Source: Amoebophrya sp. A120
Lineage: Eukaryota > Protista > Dinoflagellata
NCBI GenBank assembly: GCA_905178155.1
Contig: CAJINV010000006.1
Coordinates: forward strand, 688,398-752,397
Length of the DNA stretch: 64,000 bases
Direction of reading: 5' to 3'
Positions 54,101-61,173 of this stretch are shown here, one piece after another. The position numbers and the translations under genes were made by a program. The notes beneath the pieces were generated by a model. It did not search any database. It saw only the letters and a program-made list of their open reading frames with translations, and was not told the DNA's origin. Each line of letters starts with the position of its first letter. Position 1 is the stretch's first letter.

Positions 54101-57100
54101 GTCTGCAATTAGAGGGCCAGGATAAGGCGTTGTTCGAGCAGAACTTCGGAATCGACACCGTAAATCCGGAAAGCTTCGGGCAGCTGGAGGGCGCGAGTGA
54201 CAAACTCGCTTTTTTCCTAGAGGAAAAGCTCGGGTCGAAGTACAAGGAGATTTCCGATGGCAATACCGACGAGATGCTGCATGTATCCTGTGCAAAATTA
54301 TCGTACTCGTATTGCAATCATGCATTACAAATTTTATTCTGAAGCTAAATCCGCAATACAAATTTCATTTCTTATGCTGAGGAAATTTGTAATGCTAATG
54401 CATTTATACGGTTACGATACAACTTTTGCAATGCATAGCATGATATGGAGAAAGTCTTCACCGACGCTGGGTTTTCCGACGCGGTAGCGCACCACTTGGC
54501 GGAAAAAGCGAAAGAGGACTTGCTCCACTCCGCGGTGTCCATCGGAAAAAACATCGACTTGGGAAAGGTGGACAGATCGGACGAAATCTATCAATTGCAA
54601 CCATGTCTGGGTCTGGGACATTGCGAGAGTTTTCATGCTAGTTCGGCATGACTCTGAACTCTGTGCTGCGTGGCCGCGAAGAGCTCCTCTGGTCTGTCAT
54701 GCAAAAACGCAGTTTCTCATGCGAAGTACGCAACTCCGAACCACGAAAAAACTTGTCATGGTCGGCAGCGCATTACAGTGTGCTCACTATTCCCTTTCTT
54801 GCATCACAAGTTTCCAGACCCAGACATTTTTGCAATGCATAAAATCTTGCTTTTGACGAAAACGGAAATGAAACAGATCGAGGCGGTGACGGGCCGGAAT
54901 TCGTGGGCACAGATATTACAATGAAAAATGCCCCCACCCCCGAACTTGGGAGCATTTGTATTGCAAACCTTTCCAAATGAAACATTCGCCCTCTTGCATC
55001 TATCAGCATCACAGGTTTCCAATCGTAAATAGCAAAAAATTGTATTGCAAAAGTCCCCAGCAAGAGATGCGCTTGTCATGCAAGCGACGCGATACACCCC
55101 TAGACTCTGCATCAGAAAGATTCATACTCCTTTCATGCATGACAAAAAGTTTTCATTTGGAAACTCCGCATCACAAATTTTTGCAATTTCAGGGGTGGGG
55201 GACACTTTTCACTGTAATAACAGAAGGACGGCGTCGAGGCCGAGCACCGCGACACTCTAGAAGCGAATTTCAAGCTGCTGGAAGAGCACTTTCTTTTCGA
55301 CGACGCGCAGGAAGAACTGGCGATGGATATGGTGAGAAAAAACGTCTGCGCCCCAGAGTCAAGATGGCAAATCTGCTACACAAATCAACCAGCTTTTGCA
55401 GTTGCGCATCAGAAATTTGGGCTCGCAATGTAAGTAGTCGTGTTTCGCTAGTGAAGCAGCATCACAGATGTAGCACACCATGCGGATATGAGCATCACAA
55501 ATCGCAAAACACCAACAGAAACGGCTTCTCATGGGTCTCCGCATGAGAAACATTTCCAGCATGCAGATTTGCATTACAACTCTGGGGTGGGGACGTTTTT
55601 ACAAATGATAATGGAACGAACTAGCACCGCGTCACCGGTGCTCGACTCGAAGAACAGCTCAGCGCAAAATAAATTGAACTCTTCGGCCAGTGGTCAGCAC
55701 CAGCAGCACCCCTCGGATGTGCGCACCCTGATCGCGCAGGACCTGCGGGAGAAATACAATGCTATGGATCCCGATACGCATATCCTATGTAAAAACGTCC
55801 CCACCCCATAGTCAAGATGGGCACTCGGCTAGACAAATCCGCAAGTTTTGGATGTTTTGCATGACAAATTTTGACTCGTAGTGTAGTGCTGTTTGAGCTA
55901 GCTCAGCAGCATCACAGATCTAATGCATCATGCTGATTGGAGCATGACAAATTCCAAAACACGACTAGAAAATGCTTCTCATGGTGCTCCGCATGAGAAA
56001 CATTTTCAGCGTGCAGATTTGCATGACAACTCTGGTGTGGGGACGTTTTTCCTCAGGATAACGCAGAAGTCACAGATGACCCCGGAAAATATCCGTGCGG
56101 ACATTGCAGACTATCCTGTGCAAAAGTATCGTACTCGTATTGCAATCATGCATTACAAATTTTTTTCTTAACCTTAATCAGCATTACAAATTTTATTTAT
56201 CATGCTGAGGAAATTTGTGATGCATTTATACGAGTACGATACTTTTGCAGTTCATACAGATGCGTTGGTGACGAAAGTCGGGTTTTCCAAGAATTTCGTG
56301 GAAAAAGCGAATTTAGCGGAGAAGCTGGAACAGAAACTCCACACGGATTTGGTGACAAAATCTGGGGAAAAGATGAGTAAAATGCTCGCAAGCGACTTTG
56401 ACGACATGTGGGATCATGATCAGGACGACCTGAACATGCACATTTACCAGTCTGTCAAGGAAAAGCCTGCAGAAGTGCGGAACCTAATCGCGGAAGAGCT
56501 GAAAGAAAAGTACTCAACCCTGGATCCCGAAACGCAGAAACTGCAAATGACACCCGAGAACATCCGCGCAGATATCGAGACCGCGTTGGTGACGAAGCTC
56601 GGCTTCTCGAAGAATTTTGTGAAAAAGGCGAAGATAGCGGAAAAGATGGAACAGAAAATGAACACCGATTTGTTGGTGACCACAAAGGACGGGCAGCCGC
56701 AACGAACGAGTCAGATGTTCGCGCCAGATTTTGACGACCTGTGGGACCACGACGAGCTGAACATGCACATTTACCAAACCGGTGGGAAAAAATCTCCAGA
56801 GCAACAGCCCGGAAGCAGTGGGACGACAAAGTCAGAATTGTCCCCCGGTAGTTATCAAATGCAAAAATGTCTGGGTCTGGAAGGTTGGATAACTTGTGAT
56901 GCTAACTCTGGACTCTAAAAAAATCTGTATTGCATGACCAGCAAGACGAGGAGTCTAGTTTGTGCTACGCGGGGCGGGCCTTTGTCATGCGGAGTAGGCA
57001 TCAGGAAGCCCTCTAAAAATCTGTGAGGCTACGTCGTGCATTACAGACATCCTGGGCCATACAAAATATGCATGACAAACCAGACAACATTCCAGACCCA

Positions 57101-59325
57101 GACATTTTTACATTTGATAGTAGTGGTGCCGCCGACGCCCAACCTCTCCTCGGCGCGGAAACGATCGGGGGGGAGACCAGTTTCGGGAAAGTGGAGACAT
57201 TGAACGTGATTCAGGGGTTTACCATGATGAAACCGCTGAAAATAACCGCGCAGGATTTGGAGGGCAGAAATTGGACGGAAAAGGACAAAAAATTGTTGCA
57301 GAAAAATTTCCTGAAGAAAACCAAGATGGTGCACGACATGGAGAAGAAAATGCACGAGAAAGCCATGGACAAGGTCCGAGAAAAGCTCACGATCAATCTC
57401 CAAGACGATTTTGAAGGGGAGGCAGAGGCAGACGATTTCGACGAGGGGGAAAGCGACCTTAGCAGCGCGGAAGAAAGCGAACAGTCTGATGCGCCGGTGG
57501 AAATTGCGGTAGACAGCGAAGGGGGCGAATCTTCGGCCGCCGAACCACTGCTGGGGAGCAACAACAGCGTCGAGAAAAAAAAGAAGAAGAAGGACAAACT
57601 CTTGAAGAAAAACAAAAAAGCTGCTGGTGATCATCCGAAAAAGAAGAAAAAAATCGGGGATTCATCTGCAAGTGCCGAGAACAAAAGTGCAGCTCATGAG
57701 GAAGCGGACAACGCGGCAGTAGGAGAAGAGGCAGAACAAGTTGTTACCATCGAAGCTGCATCTCTCCCGGGAGAGAAGACGGCAGGAGTAAGCGACATGT
57801 ACGACGAGATGTTCGATGATCAATCCTCCGCGCCGCTGCCCGACAGTAGGACCACCGACCCCCAGCCCGCTTCTCTTTCCGCCGAACAGCTCCACCAGGC
57901 GTTTGAGGCCGAAGCCAGGCAAGCTCTAGAATCCATCGGCTTCCAGAAAGCCACCGCGACCAAGATTGCGAAGCAGCTGGTGGCGACTGGAGCCGACTTA
58001 TCCACTGCAAATGTTTCTGCGTCTGGAGTTAGGTGAAACTTGTGACGCTGTCTCTGGATTCAAAAAACAACTGTATTTTTGCATGACCAGCAAGAGGAGT
58101 CCAGTTTGTGCTACGCGCAGTGGGCATTTCTCATGCGGAATAGGCATCAGGAAGCCCTATAAAAATCTGTGATGCTAGGTCACGCATTACAGGCACCACG
58201 GCTCATGCGAAATATGCATGACAAACCTGCCATCAATCTTCCAGACCCAGATGACATGTTTGCAATGCATAAGACTTAGGTGTGGACAAAATGGAACTCG
58301 GCGAGGCGGAGATAATCACCGCGACGCAGGGCTTCCAAAAAGTGGCGGGGAATAAAAAGAAGAACATCAAGATAGAAAATCTCCAGGATTTAGCTACTGA
58401 ATTAATCTCCTGCAGACCGGAGATCTTTGTCAAGTCTTTATCCCCCACCTCCTTCGCCGCCTTCGAGCACGACAAGCAGGCAGGAACCGTGATGAGCATC
58501 TTGCAGTTATCCTGAGTAAAAACGTACCCACACCAGAGTCAGGATGGGGATTTTGCAACACAAACCTAGGAGTTTTGTGAGTCACGCATGACAAGTTGCA
58601 CTCTGCAGTGTAGTGCAGCTTAGCAAGTGCAGCCGCGTCACAGATTTATCTGCTCATCCTGTTCACAGCATCACAAATTCCAAAACACGACTGGAAATGG
58701 CTCTCATGGAGATGCGCATTACAAGTCTTCCTGTCTTTGCAAATCTGCATTACAACTCTGGTGTGGGTACGTTTTTACTCAGGATAGCAGTCCTGCATGC
58801 TGCAGTCGGGGCTGCACGGGGGAGCAGGTTTATCGCAAGAAAAAACTGTTTCACTGTAAACTTGTAATGCAGAAAGTGTATCTCAGAAGTGTTTGTCTTG
58901 CGTCACAGGCAAGACAGGCGATTTTTAGCTGTGTTTTCCCTTGGGATGAACCTCGCATGGTAAGTTTTCCCTGTCGTGTAGTAGAGCAAACTTGTGATGC
59001 AAAACTTGCAAAATGCTTACAGTGAAACACTTTTTTCGTACGATAAGGTTTGAGCGACGGCATGACGGCGTACGAAGCCCCTGCTCCAGCTGAAACCGCC
59101 GCGGAAAAAAAGAAGAGGATTAAGAACCAGGTCGCGGCGCAGAAAGTGAAAGCGGGTCAACAAGAAAAATCTGCAAATGAGGAAGAGTCCTCAGTGGCGT
59201 CTTCGACCAAATCGACTAAATCGAAGACGAAAAGTGGAACATCCAAGTCCGGGAAAACGACGAAGACGAAAACGGCTTCGTCCGCCAAATCGAAAACCAA
59301 GACAAAAACGGGTTCCAAGAAGTGA
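1166..59325 (+). CDS. Giant type I membrane adhesin-like protein (~8,250 aa, ~110 exons): signal peptide, Cys-rich/PAN modules, VWA+Cache, ~60 TSP1 repeats, EF-hands, Apple domain, TM helix, long cytoplasmic tail
   Basis: ATG 1166 with hydrophobic signal peptide MAHYSFFLVYLLLLLQALHA. Deleting each TAT..ATA element plus one 5-bp direct repeat joins ORF fragments in frame, e.g. ...WRD|KTARL..., ...VDYS|GSMR..., ...HDGNT|DGDTIRCPIDC. Span 58,160 nt minus 33,410 nt of introns (hand sum) = 24,750 nt, divisible by 3. Stop TGA ends at 59325 after ...TKTGSKK. Confidence 0.88.
3155..3471. mobile_element. Introner family B (TIR TATGGAAG(T/C)GTCAGGAT(C/T)GAAATCG, ~300-318 bp); representative, 9 copies
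   Basis: TSD tcgtc. Others: 5177-5483 (aaaac), 7365-7671 (cgtcg), 10361-10656 (tgccg), 14022-14328 (tgctg), 27632-27942 (cgggc), 32233-32459 (ccctg, internally deleted), 34326-34643 (gccca), 43528-43833. Confidence 0.92.
3514..3792. mobile_element. Introner family C (TIR TATCCTGAGTAAAAACGT(A/C)CCCAC, ~280-300 bp); representative, 16 copies
   Basis: TSD cctgc. Others: 4066-4350, 6764-7065, 12997-13276, 13692-13970, 14805-15085, 18025-18303, 35018-35299, 39794-40072 (near-identical to this copy), 42136-42417, 43877-44155, 49509-49805, 51219-51504, 55328-55610, 55781-56060, 58508-58786. Confidence 0.93.
4621..4782. mobile_element. Introner family D (TIR TATnnnnTGCAAAAGTATCGTACT, ~142-163 bp); representative, 13 copies plus 1 decayed
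   Basis: TSD ccaaa. Others: 5854-6001, 9417-9572, 10867-11008, 33174-33329, 36768-36930, 43304-43455, 45815-45964, 46487-46635, 49110-49263, 53622-53774, 54284-54437, 56112-56256; decayed 40992-41161. Confidence 0.92.
6496..6711. mobile_element. Introner family E (TIR TATCGCAAGAAAAAA.TGT, ~215 bp); 4 copies
   Basis: TSD gcggg. Others: 24806-25020, 36238-36450 (attgt), 58831-59045 (aggtt). Confidence 0.88.
9716..9971. mobile_element. Introner family G (TIR TATAACCYGCTCA..GTTACAATCTC, ~252-262 bp); 3 copies
   Basis: TSD ttgcg. Others: 30906-31157, 52955-53216 (ccgat). Carries subterminal tandem GTTACAAT motifs. Confidence 0.88.
10800..15150 (+). CDS. alpha2delta/CACHD1-like VWA_N + VWA (MIDAS) + Cache-like region of the giant protein
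   Basis: Spliced translation: FIQWPALEYSNANYLKPHEDARSSAWYVRTATAGLKKNIVIAVDYSGSMRSDGKWDAAKEAVYIVLDSLTEGDRFNLFLWN...TNIESALSFGL...RLLLLTDAE...ACLPVTYSPPSAARLGVLCLDLSL. DxSxS, TN..AL and LLTD are VWA hallmarks. D.R..WY before the VWA and GV.xxDl after it match alpha2delta-type Cache architecture. Confidence 0.75.
11388..11655. mobile_element. Introner family A (TIR TATnnnTG(C/T)AAAAATGTCTGGGTCTGGAA, ~253-305 bp); representative copy, 44 copies in giant gene
   Basis: TSD ctcgg here. Other copies: 5542-5809, 6197-6458, 7737-8007, 8373-8634, 10031-10314, 11070-11330, 12256-12517, 12662-12937, 13330-13591, 14385-14645, 15754-16008, 16134-16397, 17343-17607, 17681-17935, 23149-23424, 24161-24430, 24498-24761, 25747-26008, 26047-26314, 26372-26634, 28505-28766, 28828-29132, 29217-29476, 31379-31631, 33653-33926, 33969-34231, 35837-36097, 37615-37875, 38193-38456, 43001-43255, 46170-46433, 47867-48129, 48380-48635, 48700-48961, 50538-50796, 51781-52042, 52220-52481, 52618-52890, 53319-53579, 53796-54090, 54589-54841, 56853-57119, 57999-58271. 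Several distinct internal subtypes. Confidence 0.93.
15348..15670. mobile_element. Introner family H (TIR TATCAAAAGGAAAAATCCCCCCTCCCCATAT, ~310-324 bp); 11 copies
   Basis: TSD acggg. Others: 11699-12014, 16524-16845, 16899-17220, 23758-24074, 27156-27466, 31732-32053, 37136-37456, 40106-40418, 45051-45360, 50857-51180. Confidence 0.92.
16870..50345 (+). CDS. Array of ~60 thrombospondin type-1 (spondin-like) repeats
   Basis: Recurring CP(V/I)DC..S.W..W..CS.TCGGG...RTR......HGG..C......C unit across exons; about 60 CPxxC starts counted by eye. Confidence 0.93.
18357..18650 (+). repeat. Left long TIR of composite element
   Basis: Pairs with 22814-23086; the ORF track shows the same peptide LRNIQIGC.ELLPTGSRRLYQ.ATLAKALGTWE on opposite strands. 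Confidence 0.9.
19412..19459 (+). repeat. Perfect 24-bp tandem duplication at the left cargo junction
   Basis: gtgcgaatagcacaccgtgggtgc x2, running directly into a 5'-truncated family A TIR (tgcaaaaatgtctggg). Confidence 0.85.
19715..22560 (+). pseudogene. Captured fragment of another gene (histidine-phosphatase-like motifs plus a TSP1-like unit), frameshifted
   Basis: Exons join in frame after removing nested introners 19775-19928 (D), 20434-20715 (C), 20793-21047 (A), 21811-22073 (A) and 22130-22450 (H). Motifs YLVSPLRRAME, LVPQLRE, KVVILVTG, PVNCELEQGYDGGWSPCSC. One apparent 1-bp loss near 20210-20212. No start or stop; bounded by truncated A copies 19457-19714 and 22561-22811. Confidence 0.7.
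22814..23086 (-). repeat. Right long TIR of composite element
   Basis: gctcccaggtgcccagcgctttggccagcgtagcac...ccagacattctcgcacttgata is the reverse complement of the left TIR, with indels in the AT-rich part. Confidence 0.9.
27960..28115 (+). CDS. EF-hand pair inserted in TSP1 array
   Basis: DHDSNGSGDLDEAEI and FDRDKNGKVSLAEW fit the DxDxxGxxxxxE loop; a further EF-like loop IDADKGGYIEEQEY lies at ~35715-35765. Confidence 0.75.
30724..31220 (+). CDS. PAN/Apple domain inserted in TSP1 array
   Basis: CDFEHGVDYYGGDI...EQCRVRCENMPECTAFSW...NCAVK|RLA...GGKC: typical Apple pattern C..GVDY.G.D..C...C....C..FS/T...C.LK. Confidence 0.8.
39169..39764 (+). other. Canonical GT-AG intron (596 bp), the only clear one in the giant gene
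   Basis: atcg|GTATAA...taactaat...AAACAG|atacc gives WVFDIDTCTKSCGGG, matching the paralogous WVSDIDTCAASC. No 5-bp TSD. Confidence 0.8.
39434..39706 (+). repeat. ~120-bp imperfect direct repeat inside the canonical intron
   Basis: gctttcctcg..ctccggatcggcccc..aagtacctccaggacgatcccca..ctaagaactagccc..cagtctcc..ttgcaaaacccgcat.acagatga at ~39434-39552 and ~39586-39706. Confidence 0.85.
47334..47506. mobile_element. Singleton introner (own subterminal inverted repeat)
   Basis: TAT..ATA ends, TSD gccga, inverted tcccgtgcacgacgt / acgtcgtgtacggga; frame restored (CGAD|GVVEQ). Confidence 0.8.
47610..47829. mobile_element. Introner family F (TIR TATGAGAGTGCACAAC, ~207-222 bp); 4 copies
   Basis: TSD gaagt/caagt. 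Others: 8072-8278 (gtgca), 32546-32767, 49866-50082. Confidence 0.88.
51511..51576 (+). CDS. Single transmembrane helix of the giant protein
   Basis: VLILVALLVIGLLALAGVYFMF followed by K and later KKNKKR (positive-inside). Confidence 0.85.
54914..55219. mobile_element. Singleton introner (TIR TATTACAATGAAAA..CCCCACCCC, distantly H-like)
   Basis: TSD acaga; ends ...ggggtgggggacacttttcactgtaata; frame restored. Confidence 0.82.
55709..56790 (+). repeat. Two tandem ~105-aa repeats in the cytoplasmic tail
   Basis: VR.LIA..L.EKY...DP.TQK.QMTPENIRADI..ALVTK.GFSKNFV.KA..AEK.EQK..TDL...DFDD.WDHD..LNMHIYQ occurs twice. Confidence 0.85.
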
Positions 59326-61173
59326 ACTGGTTGAGAAGTTTTTAAACCTTTGAAGATACTTCGTGCTAGTACCACAGACAGATTGCATTTTTCATCTCAA
59401 TATACACATACAATTTTTTATTCGCAGATACTGACTTACTACACTTTTGACAATTTTAACTTACTTGACAGATATTCGAAGAAATTCTATCCCGTTTCAC
59501 TTTTGACAGATGCAAATTACCTTTTCAGATTTTAGCCAAGGACAAACCGAGAATTGCTTCCACGTTTCACAAGGCACAGTTTTTGTACAGTTCGGAGGTA
59601 CTCGAGTTTCACTCTCAGAAAAACACATGTGTACTGTTTTAGCAAAAAACTATCGAAGGTTTCTTTTTGTAATACGGAAATTGAAACAACACGACTAGAA
59701 GTCAGGTTACTATTTCCACAAGCACACTCTGAATTTTCCAAAAATTATCCAACTTTTGATCTGCCTGTACAATGTAGTTTCGCTTTGACAGCGTGGTAAT
59801 AGAAGAAAGGTTCGTTTTATTTCCGCCACAGACACAATTCTTCCCGACAGTAGTAGCATTTTCAACGACAGAAAGAGGCTGAGGTTCTTCTTCCAATCGC
59901 CTGCTAAGTAGTAATCGCGTAAATTTAAATTTTATCAACGGAACAATTTCAACATCATACACCTTATGGTTTTGTCTTAAACTTTCGATATCAGTTTTGT
60001 TACGAAGAACTTGATTATGTATACGCCTTGTCCACTTCTTTTTCGACTACAACATGTAAATTATCGCTTTTGAACAAGATGAACGTACTTACAAAGTTGC
60101 AGAGATAGTTTTTCGTTTTAGATTTGGTGACCATAAATGCAGCAGTACTGGTAGACCACTTGCACAGAATGTTTGAACAACAAAAAAAAGCGCCACCTTC
60201 GGGGCTGTTTGTCGGCTCTAGTATCTCGGCTGCTCTGCAAGAACTTCTGTTTGTTGTTCGCAAGGTGTGCTTGAGTTGTCAACAAAAGGAAATCGTGTCT
60301 GCGAGCAGTGAGCATCTATGTGAGTCAACTATTTCGGTTCTAGGACAACTATTCATCATACGACACAGCCGCGGGCAAGAAAGGACTACTGATACGCATA
60401 ATTTCGAACATGATAAACAAACAGTTCTTTGGATCAAAAGCGAGAAATCCTCCAAATACAGATCTTGGGAAGAAATCGCCGGTCTTGGTCTTCATCCGTG
60501 AGATCATAGTTCAGAAGTCGGTTTTATTCTCGAAAATTTGATCAATGTGAAAAAGAATAAAAATCCGATCGTCGTGTCCGAAAATAATGCTTGTGCACAG
60601 GTCTTGGTGCAGTTCTGAGAAAGCCCCCAAATTTATCCTTGACCACTTCGTGCTGACAAAAAATCTAGAAATTGACACATAATACAACTCAATTCCGCTT
60701 ACAGCAGCTTTCATCGCGAGAAACCAAGTGCGATTCGATAAAACATTTATAGTTTTTCCACACAACTTTTTTACACGCCTTTCAAACACAAACACTTCTA
60801 CTGGAAAGCACGATTATTACGTAGTAGCGTCAACACCCGCTTAATAGTATTTACACTACAGATAGGGCGGAAATAGACACAAGCGTTGTTTAGAAATTTT
60901 CTTCCAACTACGAGCTAAATCTGTCAATAAATTGTCGTACAAGTTTACAAACATTCATAAGGATAGTACGAATCCACTCGAGTAGTTCTAACCTGAGACC
61001 GAATAGGAAACTATACATTTGTGCACATTTACCAGTAGAAACACAGACATCCTCTCGTAAAAAGAAAATAGCTGTACTACCTGTACAAATCATACACTAA
61101 AAATCTGGTAAAAGCCTGGAATTATCGTTGGTTACTACTTCTTGGTGTTACTTAATCTCATTTCATCGAAAAA

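Noticed and set aside
5542-58271. CRISPR-like array of GTCTGGGTCTGGAA / TTCCAGACCCAGAC repeats with unique spacers
   Set aside because: The repeats occur as inverted pairs ~260 bp apart with TSDs, the 'spacers' are exons of variable length, and there are no cas genes.
3155-59045. Ciliate IES-type germline-limited sequences
   Set aside because: Not favoured: GC-rich exons, no in-frame TAA/TAG, dinoflagellate-like protein motifs and long TIR families. DNA-level excision cannot be strictly excluded without read data.
3320-59063. Hundreds of short ORFs sharing peptides such as CKNVWVWK, LPDPDIF, FQTQTFL, KNVPTPE
   Set aside because: These are translations of introner TIRs and interiors in all six frames, not proteins.
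1166-59325. Pseudogene destroyed by MITE insertions
   Set aside because: I found no stops or frameshifts in host exons after element removal, and cysteines and motifs are intact. In contrast, the intron-embedded cargo does show decay.
59350-61093. Short ORFs in the AT-rich spacer (e.g. 60124-60501, 60511-60795)
   Set aside because: No recognisable motifs, and composition is intergenic-like; a small canonical-intron gene cannot be excluded.
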